DNA from: Eledone cirrhosa
Taxonomy: Eukaryota
Length of the DNA: 64,000 nt
Reading direction: 5' to 3'
Assembly: GCA_964016885.1 (NCBI GenBank)
Contig: OZ024756.1
Location: 20,584,001-20,648,000 of the forward strand
Part shown: positions 38,972-52,300 of the stretch, piece by piece
How the letters are laid out: every line of letters begins with the position of its first letter
How positions within the stretch are numbered: position 1 is the first letter of the stretch
Position numbers and translations under genes: made by a program
The notes under the pieces: generated by a model
What the model was told of the DNA's origin: nothing
Database searches by the model: none
Seen by the model: only the letters and a program-made list of their open reading frames with translations

Positions 38972-41844
38972 TGCACGTGTATATATTTGCATGTATGTAT
39001 GTATGTGAGTGTATATATATGTGTTGTGTGTATGTGTCTATGAATGTGTGTATACGTGTATGTATGTATGTATGTATGTGAGTGTATATATATGTGTTGT
39101 GTTTATGTGTCTAAGAATGTGTGTACATTTGTATATATGTATGTATGTACATTTGTGTATGTATATATATATGTATGTGTATATATTTGCATGTGTGTAT
39201 GTATGTGTGTGTGTATGTTTGTATATATGTTTGTACATGTGTGTATGTATGTGTGTGTGTATGTTTGTATATATGTTTGTACATGTGTGTATGTATGTGT
39301 ATGAAAGAGAGAGAGAGAGAGAGAAAGAGTGTGATAAAGGAGCATAAACAGGCAGACAGAGAGATAAAAAAATATATATATGATGATGAGGAGGAGGAGA
39401 ATGGTGATGATGATGATGATGATGATAGTGCCAGTGGTGATGATGATATGGTGACGATGATGAAGATGATAAATGATGATGATAGTGCTGGTGATGATGA
39501 TGATGATATGGTGATGATGATGTAGATGATGTAAATGGTGTTGATGATGATGATGATTATGTTGATAATGATAGTGATGTTGATAATGATGATGATGAAG
39601 ATAATGATAGTGATAATGATGCTCATGATCATAATGATGATGATGATGATGATGATGGTTTTTGTAGATAATTTATAGATATTTAATTTTTCCCGATTAT
39701 TGTTCTATCTTCCAGTTGGTGTAGAAAACAATTGTTCAGATTTGTGTGTCTATGATTTTGTCTGCTATAAACTGCAGTAATCATATCGTTTAATCCTACA
39801 AATCTATATATCTATGTCTATATTAGACAAGTGTTTCTCATAGCAGTATAGTTAGGTTTATAAACATGCCATCCAAACTTCAAAGCCTCCTGAAAATAGA
39901 TCAGTATCAGTTTGTAAACCATTCCATTCTTGTCGATCTAGATTACAGCCAAGAGACATAAAAGAAAAAATATATAACAAACTAAAACCAGAAATAGAAG
40001 TACTTAAAAAGCTTGTTCTAACTAAGACGTGGGAAATTGATATGTTGCAGTGTGTGTGTGTTGGACTTATATCGGTTTCAATGATTAGTGGTTCAAGTTG
40101 ATGCAATTAACGGAACTGCCTGTACATGAAATTAATGTGGAAGTGGCTCAGCATTCCACAGACACATGCACCCTTAACCTGTCATATTTCGTGGTGTTGA
40201 AGACGTTACTTTTTTTCCTAAAATAAGTCTCATGAATCTATCATGCGTCCTGGTTGTTTATTATTTTTTTTTCAAATTTTTGGTTGTCAAAATTAGGGTG
40301 CATCCTCGAGGATGAAGTGTCTTCGGCACCGGAAAATATGGTAGTTCTTTGAGAGATTCAGTGTGACACCCATGCTAGCATGAAAAATGGACTTTAAACG
40401 ATGATGGTGTTGATGATGATGAAGGCTTGACCCTTTGATTTACAGGTACAAATAAGTTTTTGCCAGCAGAGTTGAGTGGAGCAACGTGAAATAAAATGTC
40501 TTGCTCAAGGTCACAACAGCCAGCTGGGAATGGAACACTTGTCTTTAAAATTGCGATCCAAACACACTAACCACAGAGCCACACACCTTTATATGGTGTC
40601 ATCTATTATACAAATAACAGCATTCCTTCTAAAGAAGCTTTGTTCAAGTCACATTTGTTTTTGTTTTTTTAATCACCATAAATCTAGAAATTAAAATTCA
40701 GAATATTTTCATTTTAGAAGATCATTAAAGATAAAACAAAAACAGAAAAAATTGTTTAAGCAAAAAAAAACAAAAAACATTATTATTGTTTTTCGATTTT
40801 AGATCATTTTTATGAATTATATATAACTGCTAAATTCAAAGCAGCATTGAATAATCTCGTAACACTTGTAAATCAGCAACCATTTTGATTAATCAATAGC
40901 TTGGCTATTAATATCAACACAACCATTAAATAATCTTGCTCATTCACATATTCCTGTTCCAGTTAAAGACTGCTTCCTTCCCACTTGACAATTGTTTGGG
41001 GGGGGGGGGGGGGGGGCAAAAGAAAAAGTAACAAACCAACAAATAAATAATAAAACAAAGCTGAGAGCTGATTGCATTTGTTAGTCACTGGAGAGTTGTT
41101 TCCCTTACATACATAACAAGATCATAAAGCATGCCTTGGATGCAGCAAGCTTTTCTCCCCACCTCAAGCCAGATGGACTGGACTGAAGGAACAGTAGAAG
41201 ACCAGACGACATAACGATCCTCCCGTTCTGTGGTAGTAAGTCACCTTCATCTGGGACACAACATGTAGCGATACTTTCTCCAGTGGCAACCTGGTGGTGC
41301 ATTCGGCGACAGACTGAGATTTCACTGCTCATCAGGATGAAGGGGGGAAAAATATCAAAATATCGGTCGCTCTCTGATAGGTTTGCAGTTGAACCTGGAG
41401 CAGGGGATTCTTCCTGCGTTTTGGCCTTCCGACAACCTCTCTACTCACAACTATCGGGGTGGAGTTGGTCATCTGCAAGATGAAAACAGACATTCATTTT
41501 AATTTTCGGATATTTAATTCAACATAAGGAGCAAGTGTATAACAACATATTTAAGTCAACATAAGGAAGCAGGTGCATAACAACATATTTAATACAACAT
41601 AAGGAAACAGGTGCATAACAACATATTTAAGTCAACATAAGGAAGCAGGTGCATAACAACATATTTAATTCAACATAAGGATTCCAACATGTATCTCTCC
41701 CTATCCCCTAAGGTAATGCTTTCTCTATTTTGTTTTCTGGGACCATACGACTGCCTGTGCCTGGGGTGTGTTCTGCACACTAATGAGCACTCTTCCACAC
41801 TGTGGGGCTCTATATCATTGAGGTAGCAACGTTTGAGCACACTT

Positions 41845-43083
41845 TGGGTCTAGGTGGTATATCACACCAACATAGCACCAGTTAGGTAGACACTACACCC
41901 CAGTCTAGGTGGTATATCACACCTACATAGCACCAGTTAGATAGACACTACACCCCATCTAGGTGGTATATTACAGCTACACAGCACTAGTTAAGGAGTG
42001 GTAGACACTACACCCCAGTCTAGGTGGTATATTACAGCTACACAGCACCAGTTAAGGAGTGGTAGACACTACACCCCAGTCTAGGTGGTATATCACACCT
42101 ACATTGCACCAGTTAGATAGACACTACACCCCAGTCTAGGTGGTATATTACAGCTACACAGCACTAGTTAAGGAGTGGTAGACACTACACCCCAGTCTAG
42201 GTGGTATATTACAGCTACACAGCACCAGTTAAGGAGTGGTAGACACTACACCCCAGTCTAGGTGGTATATCACACCTACATAGCACCAGTTAGATAGACA
42301 CTACACCCCGTCTAGGTGTATATTACAGCTACATAGCACCAATTAGGGAGTGGTAGACACTACACCCCAGTCTAGGTGGTATATTACAGCTACACAGCAC
42401 CAGTTAGATAGACACTACACCCCAGTCTAGGTGGTATATTACAGCTACACAGCACTAGTTAAGGAGTGGTAGACACTACACCCCAGTCTAGGTGGTATAT
42501 TACAGCTACACAGCACCAGTTAGATAAACACTACACCCCAGTCTAGGTGGTATATTACAGCTACACAGCACTAGTTAAGGAGTGGTAGACACTACACCCC
42601 AGTCTAGGTGGTATATTACAGCTACACAGCACCAGTTAGATAAACACTACACCCCAGTCTAGGTGGTATATTACAGCTACACAGCAGTAGTTAAGGAGTG
42701 GTAGACACTACACCCCAGTCTAGGTGGTATATTACAGCTACACAGCACCAGTTAAGGAGTGGTGGACACTACACCCCAGTCTAGGTGGTATATCACACCT
42801 ACATAGCACCAGTTAGGGAGTGGTAGTGGTAGACACTACACCCCAGTCTAGGTGGTATATTACAGCTACACAGCACCAATTAGGGAGTGGTAGTGGTAGA
42901 CACTACACCCCAGTCTAGGTGGTATATCACACCTACATAGCACCAGTTAGATAGACACTACACCCCAGTCTAGGTGGTATATTACAGCTACACAGCACCA
43001 GTTAAGGAGTGGTAGACACTGCACCCCAGTCTAGGTGGTATATTACACCTACACAACACCAGTTAGGGAGTGGTAGCGGTAGA
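41845..43083. repeat. Minisatellite, about 53-65 bp unit, about 20 copies
   Basis: Recurring TAGACACTACACCCCAGTCTAGGTGGTATATTACAGCTACACAGCACCAGTTA. Confidence 0.95.
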
Positions 43084-44089
43084 CAAAATACTGGAGGCAT
43101 TGCCATGGAGAACAACCAGTGACACCTGCTGCATCAGTCACTCTTCCTCAGGCGTATCTTTCTTCAGGTGTGATGTACTCCTGCTTTTGCAGAGGAAACC
43201 AGCAGTTTTAAGACTGAGGACACTAGAGATCAATGGTGACCAGCATGAATAGAAAGCGGTCGGTTTTGTCCCTCTGTTTAGATATCTTTCTTTCCTCTGC
43301 TTTACTATAAAACAACTAATTTTTTAGTTTTTATTAATTAATTTATTTTCTACTCTCCAATTCAAAATCATCATTATCGTGACACCGGTCTATTGGCTGA
43401 GCAGGATTCATTTTATATCCCTTTACCAGACTTTTACGTATCACTGTATGAATAAAATACTAACCCCCACCTCCATTTCATTAACTGATGGGATAATAGA
43501 CCAAGAAAACAAAATTTTATGTATGTGTACATATGTCACCCTTTCTCTTTCTTTCCTTCCCTAGAAGAAATCGGGTGTGTTGTACCTGGAGAGTTGGATG
43601 GTCTTCACCAGGTTTTTGAAAATATGCCCAAGGCATTTGTTACTGTGATGTCCCTACGACTCCATCAGAAATTATAATTAAAATAGATAGTAGATGTGTG
43701 TGTGTGTTGGTACCAATGACAGATGATGCACTAGATTCGATCAATGGAACAGCCTGCTCATGAAGTCAACATGCAAGTGTCTGAACGTACCACAGACTTG
43801 TATAGCCTTAAGTGTATGTGTGTATGTACTTATATATATATCTACATATATACATGTATACGTGTATATATATACATATATGCACATGTATATTTATATA
43901 TATGTTAAATTATAAATGTGAGGAAAGAATAGACAAAGAATTATTTAATTTTTCTTCAAATTCCCGACTGCAGTTTCATCGACTGGTCTGCAGCAATGAT
44001 GCTCCACAGAAGTGCACCAGTGCTGTGAGGCTGTCGATTCTTCTGAGCTCCTCATTTTGTGAACAATTTCTTGACCTGACCGTTACAAA

Positions 44090-44149
<60 letters not shown>

Positions 44150-45239
44150 AGTGATATAATATACACACACATGATATATATACACACACATATATATATA
44201 TATACACATACGTGTGTGTCTTTCAACGATGTATGTGAGTAAAAGATGTCATCATCTGTGAAAAAACTGATAAACAGTTTTCTAATGTATTTGTTCTGCT
44301 TGAGTTACATAGAAGCTATTTTAAATAGTGAAACTGATGTGCTCGTTGGAAACCTATCGCCAACGACGCTATTCTTCACAAAATGCCTGATATGTCCCTA
44401 AACCACCCAACCCTAAATGCTATGACTATCATTGTGGGGTAGGCGGCAAATTGGCAGAATCGTTAGAACGTAGGACAGAAAGATTTGCGGTATTCGTTCC
44501 GGCTCTCTGAATTCAAATCCCGCCGAGGTCAACTTTGCCTTTTATTCATTCGAGGTCGATAAAAGAGTACCAATCAAGTACTGGGGTCAATTCTTTCTCT
44601 TATATATCTTTCTCATTTCCATTCACTCCGCCTATTATTCTCTGGAAGAAATCTGTTGTATTCAAACCCGTAAAGGAGATGGGCTCCATGTCACTACATC
44701 GCGCCTAGGAGTTTCGAGATTATGCATACATCAATGTGAAGACACTGAAGTAGCCTCCCTTGGATTTCTTCATTTCGACAAAAATACAAAACAAAAAGAA
44801 AAGCTTTTCCAAAAAATAGTTGTTTAGCTTCAGATCTGCCCTGATCAAACAGAATTATCACCCAAATCGTTCTATCGTTTTGATGGAATATCCAGGATTG
44901 CATTGTCCAAGATATCCTTCGTTATTTAAGACAATACGGTGTGTTAGTTGAAGGAGATTTGACTGTTATTATTTCTCACGATTTGAGTAAAGTCTACGTC
45001 ATTGGATTATTAAATGAAGTGGAATAGTTACAAACGTGAAAACATTAAAGTAGTATTTATCTCACTGCAAGTTTAACTTCCACGGTGTTCAAGTGTCTAA
45101 TTACTGTACTATCAATTAATATTTAAGCTATAACAGCAAAATAAAGTATATGTATTTTATATTGCTTAAGAATTAAACAAAGGGACCTAATTTGTTAGCG
45201 AGAGTTATCTCCCTTAGAAATGTGAAATTGTTTTCCCGA

Positions 45240-45530
45240 TTCACATTGCCAGCTGGCACACCGTCAGTTACGACGACGAGTGTTCCAGTTGATACGAACA
45301 AAGGAATACCCTGCTCGTGAAATTAAGGTGCAGGTGGCTGAGTATTCCACAGAAACGCGTAACCTTAACCTAGTTCTCAGGGAGATTCAGCGTGATACTG
45401 AGTGTGACAAGGCTGGCCTTTCGAATTGCAGGCACAACTCATTTTTGTTAGCTGCATAGTCTGAAACAACATGAAATAAAGTGTCTTGCTCAAGGACACA
45501 ACGCGCCGCCGGGAACTGAACTTATGACAT
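45240..45530 (-). mobile_element. SINE family 5 (related fragments at about 40080-40590 and 43710-43810)
   Basis: GAAATTAAxGTGxAxGTGGCTxAGxATTCCACAGA..CCTTAAC segment plus the common SINE central domain. Confidence 0.6.
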
Positions 45531-45706
45531 TTTCCACATAGGAAAAAAATAAATTCTAAGGAGGTCCCTGAAGGTGTGGCCCTAAGCTATAGCTTAAAGG
45601 TAAGTCCAACACTGCGTGGACAATGTCTAAAAGTGGGTTTGTTGATCCAAATTAATACTGGCCAGATCATTTGCAGTATTAAATTAAAAACTTTGATATT
45701 CAATAT

Positions 45707-45900
45707 CAGACCTGTCAACTCTCCCTGTCCGACGGGGAGACTTACCACTCACTCTGAGGTGGGTGAGAGATGTCTTCTCTTGTGAAAATGGGTATAGCTT
45801 TCATTATGTAAAATCTCCCCCTTTTTGCCTCATTTCTCCGTTTTGGTGCACTTTTTTTCAAGGTACTCCTCGTTTGGGTTTTTAGAAGTTGGCAGATCTG
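45707..45900. mobile_element. MITE with CAGACCTGxCAACT terminal inverted repeats (second copy at about 24020-24191)
   Basis: CAGACCTGTCAACT ... AGTTGGCAGATCTG. Internal similarity to 24020-24191 in the opposite orientation. Confidence 0.65.
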
Positions 45901-47379
45901 TAATATAATGCAGTTGTAGTGTTGTTTTATACTTTATAAGAATGTTTTGTTAATGTAGTTTTAAGAGAGAAAACATCCTTGAAAAGTACATTCTTTGTTA
46001 CACACTTGCCACCTTTTCTACCTAAAGTGTTGTTATCAATTATTTTTATCTTTACACCAAGAAGTGGATCTGTTCTAGAAAGAGTTACATCCAATTGTCC
46101 ATGAGAAAATACTAGTTTACTTCTCTTTGCTTTTCCAGTATGGTTGTTATTAAAATTATTGAAAATATATGTATATAGCAAACATTTAAAACTATCTTAA
46201 CTATGGATTGAAATCGAAGATATATTCTATGTATAGTATTATTTTGCTCCTGTATCCCTATATTGATAATGCTTTAATAAATCTTAATATTCTGTACTTT
46301 CTAACCAAATTGTGATACTGCTTTCTGTAACATCTGTTTTGTTTGCTCTCTGTAGTATATGATGAAAATATGTTGCCTCCATTCCTTCAAAATCATATTT
46401 TAACCTACATATCATCCTAAATTACTAGTAGTTCTGTATCATCAGGAGATAGTTTGAGGAAATCTTCCTGATATTTATACAATACAGAAATGAAATGTGA
46501 GAAAAAGCAGTCATTAAACCCTTTAGCATTCACATTATTCTATATATCCTATTGTATTTTCACAGAAAAGGCTTTATCTCACATAATATCAAATCTACGA
46601 GATTTTGATATTTATTTTGAGAACAATACGTTACTGTAAAAGCTAGGGAATTCTGGCATAGTTAATTTACCATCAGGTGTCAAGACTCAGGTGTGATGAC
46701 TTCATTCTTAAAAATTAGGTTATTCCAGTATAATGACCAACAGAACCAAGTTTCACTCCCATTATACACTTGAGAAATTAGGGGCTCTCACTCCTACTTA
46801 AATTATTTAATTTCACCCTGGATTATTTGATTTCCTTGATTGGTGAGCTGCCAGCTTCAGCATGGATAATTTATTTAATTAGAAATATGGTCATGAAAGG
46901 GTTAATTAGAAGAAGGACCTAGATTTAATTATTCAATTAGAAATATGGTCATGAAAGGGTTAATTAGAAGAAGGATCTAGATCTAATTATTTAATTAGAA
47001 ATATGGTCACGAAAGGGTTAATTAGAACAAGCAAGGACCTAGATGTTATGGAGTATTGAAACTCATCTTGCAGAGTATGAGACCAACTTATATTTTCCAG
47101 GCTTACACAAAGATTTGAACTCAGTACTATAAACTAACAAGACATCCAATCTGCTAAAGTGACATGAGAAATTAGTAATATAGATTTAAGGAATCTACTA
47201 TTTTAGTTAGTGTTCTACCCCGATGTGGCCATAATACAAAGCACTTGTCCACCTGTACAAACACTATAACAGAAAAACTAAATATAGTGAGTGACCAGTG
47301 GCTACAATGTTGCTGTTCAAACAGGGACAATATAGAGTTTGAAAGGACCCTTCAGTCTGGGTGAACATGTGACAACCTC

Positions 47380-47895
47380 TCTAGTGCTGGTACCATGATA
47401 AAATGTACCCAGTACACTCTGTAAAGTGTTAGTGCTGGTGCTATGATAAAATGTGCCCAGTACACTCTGTAAAGTGTTAGTGTTACAATAAAATATACCC
47501 AGTACACTCTGTAAAGTGATAGTGTTGGTGCCATGAAAAATGTACCTAGACTCTGTAAAGTGATAATGCTGGTGCTATGATAAAATGTACCCAGTACACT
47601 TTGTAAAGTGATAATGTTGGTGCTATGATAAAATGTACCCAGTATTAGTGTACCATGAAAAGTGTACCCTGTACTCTTTGTAAAGTGTTAGTGTTGGTAA
47701 CATGCAAAGTGTACCCAGTAGCCTATGTAAAGTGTTAGTGGTGGTACCATGATAAACTATACTCAGTACCTTCTGTAAAATGGTAGTGGTGGTACAATGA
47801 TAAAATGTACCCAGTACACTCTGTAAAGTAGTAGGGGTGGTACCATGATAAAATGTACCCAGTACACCCTGGAAAGTGGTAGTGGTGGTGCCATA
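47380..47895. repeat. About 40-bp minisatellite derived from a SINE internal segment
   Basis: Unit ATGATAAAATGTACCCAGTACACTCTGTAAAGTG. Similar arrays at about 19880-20145 and 52620-52925. Confidence 0.8.
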
Positions 47896-49059
47896 AAATA
47901 AATAAATAACCTTCACCCAATATACCATGTAAGGTTTATTAGTATTGGAAAGGAAATCCAGCGACAGACACCATACCAAATATGGAACATATGAATAAGA
48001 TGAATTGATTCAACTTGTCAAGACGTGGATCACGACATCTTGTCCAACCCATGCCAACATGGAAAGTAGATGTAACATGATGATGATGATGATGATGATG
48101 GCACTGAGATACCAAAAACAACTTAATACTAGTGTTTAGTAGATTACAAGAAATGTACTTTGGAATTGATAATAAACTTTAATATCCATTCGTAGTTATA
48201 TACCCATGCTAGCGAGGAAGATGGACGTTAAACGATGATGATGATGATTTCTAAATAAAGAATTTGATTACATTTAGTAAAATAACAATGTTGTACATTA
48301 ATTTCTATACTGTGCTGTTTTGTTTAAACATAATTTAATAAAGGTTATTACCACAGATTCTAATGGCAGGTTTTCGTTTAGATCTCGTAAGCCTGCCTTG
48401 AGCCTGGAAATTCACCAGGACGGTGATTATTCCGGTTTCTGGCGTGAAGCGACTGAGAGTACAAGACTCCCAACTGGACAGGATGCCAGTCCATCGCAGG
48501 ATTAAACTCCCATCTATTGCTGATACTCATTTTCAGCTGAGTATACTGGAGCAACGTGAACTGAAGTGTTTGCTCAAGAACACAACACAGTCCAGGAATC
48601 AAAACCACGACATTCTGATCGTAAGTCTAACACACTTACCACTAGGCCACACACACCCACTGACTATACTGGAGTAACGTGAAATGAAGTGTTTTGCTCA
48701 AGAACACAACACACAACTCAGTCCAGGAATCACTAGGCGAGTTACTATTTTTTTTTTAAATGGAAGAATGTAATTTGATGGGGATTTAGCTGCTATTTCT
48801 AGCAGGTCGAGCAATCATGTAGAAACTCGACAGAGGTTTAGTAGGTATTGATAAACAGTTGAGTAATTTACTAACATTCGGTACATAATAAACTTACTTT
48901 CTGCAGGTGTATCCGAGAAACAGGGTTATTGATTTTGTTCGATTAACAATTGATGTATTTAGATTCTTTATGAATGAGAAAAGGGAGGAAAGAAAGCGAT
49001 TGATTAAATAAGCTAAAGTGAACCGAACATGTGTTGTCAGCGACATTAACTTTTGTCTG

Positions 49060-49160
49060 TTTCTGATTGGATAAAATTTCGATTTAGTAGCCAATCAAAG
49101 AAAGTGTTACAGTTTTAAATCAGTCACACCGCTTTCTTTCATAATCTTTCCTTTTCCGGT
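49060..49160. promoter_or_regulatory. Putative (bidirectional) SSR1 promoter with two opposed CCAAT boxes and a pyrimidine-rich initiator-like tract
   Basis: CTGATTGG at 49063-49070, AGCCAATCA at 49089-49097 and CTTTCCTTTTCCGG at about 49146-49159, in repeat-free sequence 100-200 nt upstream of the ATG. Confidence 0.6.
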
Positions 49161-49257
49161 TAGCTTGTCGTGTTGACAACAAGAAGTCTTCCGTTCTAGG
49201 TGGATGATCGTTTACCATCCTCAAGAATAATTCACTCTTTCTTTCAGATCATCAGAC

Positions 49258-49333
49258 ATGGGAAGAATATTAAGACATTTCTTTCTTTTCCTCTTGTTGG
49301 TATTACCAACAACAATCAACTTACTCAATGCAG
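49258..49333 (+). CDS. SSR1: Translocon-associated protein alpha, coding exon 1 (signal peptide MGRILRHFFLFLLLVLPTTINLLNA)
   Basis: ATG at 49258, hydrophobic signal peptide, canonical G|GTAAGT donor at 49334. Phase 1 matches exon 2. Confidence 0.85.
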
Positions 49334-52300
49334 GTAAGTTCTCCGACTTTAGATTTTAACATTAGTTTTGGTATTTATTCATACGTGGCATTCCGTCCCT
49401 TTCTCGTCTAAGTGGGTCGCTTCTATCACGACCAACCTTTAGCAGAAGCAAACGCGAAAAGATTCTTTTTATTCTTCTAACGTATTACCAATGTAAAGAA
49501 TTCTTCGCTAAAATACTTAAAACATTCCAACAAAAAGATCTTTTCTTTAATTTGTTCAGTGCTTCATATCTTGTATTTTGCGATCACGGCACTTTTTCTC
49601 GAAATCAACTTTTGTAGGTGGTTACCGCCTTCATTATGGGAATCATGGGTCATCACCAGATTTATCAATTTTTTCCTAACATTATATGTCTTAATTCTTT
49701 ATTTCGCTGCTACCATTAAATACATTTACAATAGATCTACAGATCTTTCTATAGTTTCATTTTAAATCGAACTCACTGTACAAATGCCGGCCGGTTTCAA
49801 TAAGTTACTGATCATGCCTAGCAGACAGCATTAACGTTCGACTTGTTTTTAACGAATTAAATTAAAGAGAACTTTTTCTCTTTATTTTATATTAAAGACT
49901 ATTATTCAATCTTTACATGTTTTCTGTCTCTTCTTTAACCACCACCTGGATTTACCAAACGTTTTTCCCATAAATCTGAAAGTTACTCATGTAACATATC
50001 GTCCAGACATTACAATTCCCACAAACTTTCCTTCTGTAACACATGTTTCTGTCGTAAATATATCGATTGTTCTAATTAGTTACTGGTGTGATTGTCTAGT
50101 TTTACTAATTATAATATATTTTTCGATTTATTATTATTTTAATACATATATAAAAAAGAGAAACCCTAGAAGTTAGTTTAGTAAAATTGTACACAACGAT
50201 TTTTTTTGCTGTTTATTTCTATTTTATTTCGTCTTAAATGAAAGTGGATCAATCTTAATTATAAAATACTACACATTTAGAAATATTCCTGTTTGGAACG
50301 TGTGTGGTGTAGTGAGGTGGGGATATGACAGAAGACACAGTATGCCCTCAACTTTGTTGGGTGACTCTAGTAAGACCATTTTACTTACACGTAAGCACTG
50401 TTTCACCTCCACCCTCTTCTCTCTCGTTCCTCTTATAAAGTTATTTTCTTTACACTCCTTGTTTTTCTTCGTCTAGTTTTAAATCCGGGCATGTGTTTCT
50501 CACCTAATTTTTTTTTTTTTTTGTTACCTAAGCTTATTATATATTCTTTTTAAACCTGACATAAATATTTTGTTCTCTGAAAACACCTGCAAACAGGTTT
50601 TTTTTTTGTTGTCTTCATTAATATCGAACATATCACATGATTGTGATCGTTTTCGTTATGAAGTACTGACCCTTTTTCTTAGAAAAACACACCAGCGATC
50701 GCCCCGTTATATTGCAATTAAATTAGTAATTTGTAGATATATCAGAATTTTATATAGGAAAACGTTTAGTTAAATGTAAAATGGAAATCATTTAGGAAGC
50801 AGCCATATGGTTGTTTTATTATTGATGTCGAGAAAACGTCGACTAGTTTCCTATTTTTCTGTCTAATTTTAATAGCAAATTAGACTTAAGACTTAAAAAG
50901 TATTATAGCTATTTCGATATTCGAGACAAAAAAGTTGATTTGCTTCTATATAACTCAGATTTATAAACAATTACAATTTTCTCTTCGCAAACGAAAGTTT
51001 CCAATAACGAAAGTATGCTATATATTAATAAACATCCTGTGTGATGTTCCCGTTATTTTAATCAGATCCAGTAAATATTTTGAGATTATATTCATAATTA
51101 ACGTGATCAAAGCATGCTTATTAATTAACGGAGTGTATCATATGTTAATAAAGTTATGTCGATTAACGGAAGATTAAAGGAAGTACGATTATTGCTTCTT
51201 AACCAAGGCCTTTTTCATCGCATTCGACTTTGTCCTGGTTGTAGTGATGATATATAAAGCTCATTGAAGACCTGTTAATAATCGCATCGAAGAAATTATT
51301 AATTAAACATGTTGATCACTTGTAGTAATTAAATAATAATTCCTCTGTTTAGCTAGGAAAACACCTTCACATTTGACAAGATTAGCTCTTACTTTCATGA
51401 GGTTCCGAAAATGAAAAAGCTATTATTACCCAAAGTGTCATGGCTTTAAAAATAAAAAAGTAGGATTTGATAGATATTTGCCTGTTATTTCTAACACGTT
51501 TAGCGACCGCATATAGGCTCCCTCCAGCTGTAAAAAAATATGTCACCACTACATATTTTCTATGTAGGAATAAGTATTTTATTTTTTTGGTAACTGGATC
51601 TCTGACCTTTGCTCGTCTGATTGGGGTTGGACTCTGTAGTTAATCAAAAAATGGTTGATTTGTGGATTTTTTTTTATCAGTCTTCTTTGTTTTTGTTTGT
51701 TTCGTGTACAACATTCATTTTAGAAGGTTCTGGATTATCCAAATATTCTTTTTCGTCCACTTATTCCTGAGAGGGTCATGGGGACTGAGTCAGCGGGTCC
51801 TGTCAGAAACAACCGTCTCCAACTGATTCGGCTTGATCCTCAAGCGTGACCAGCCAAGCCCATCCCTTGAGTCTCTTGTTGGTTGGTTTTGCTTGTAAAA
51901 TCTCTCCATTGATTCTTTCCCATGACATTCTAATCACATGCCCTTAGTATCTCATTTGCAGAAGTAGTGGCTCTACTTGGAGTGATTCTCTAATCTTTGA
52001 GTTACGCACTTTATTGAGTAATCTTACTCTAACGACCCTTCGGAGGAACCCCATTTTGGCCGATCGTATTCTTTCCGTCATTACTCAAGATTCATGACTA
52101 TAGGCAAGGGTTGGCACGAAAACTGAATTGAAGATAGCAAGTTTGGTTTTTACACCTAATCCCTTCTTCTGAAGGCTGAAGCTGGCACATTACTGCACCA
52201 GCTTTTGCAATTATTGAATTTAAAATTATAACAAATTATCAACTTCATGTTCTTGTTAAGGTCTGCTCTAACCTCTTTGTTTAATAACAATGTTGAATCT

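Noticed and set aside
41845-43083. CRISPR-like array
   Set aside because: The sequences between cores are a few recurring variants, not unique spacers. Eukaryotic context and no cas genes.
49091-49110. ERSE element in the SSR1 promoter
   Set aside because: CCAAT is not followed by CCACG at N9 spacing.
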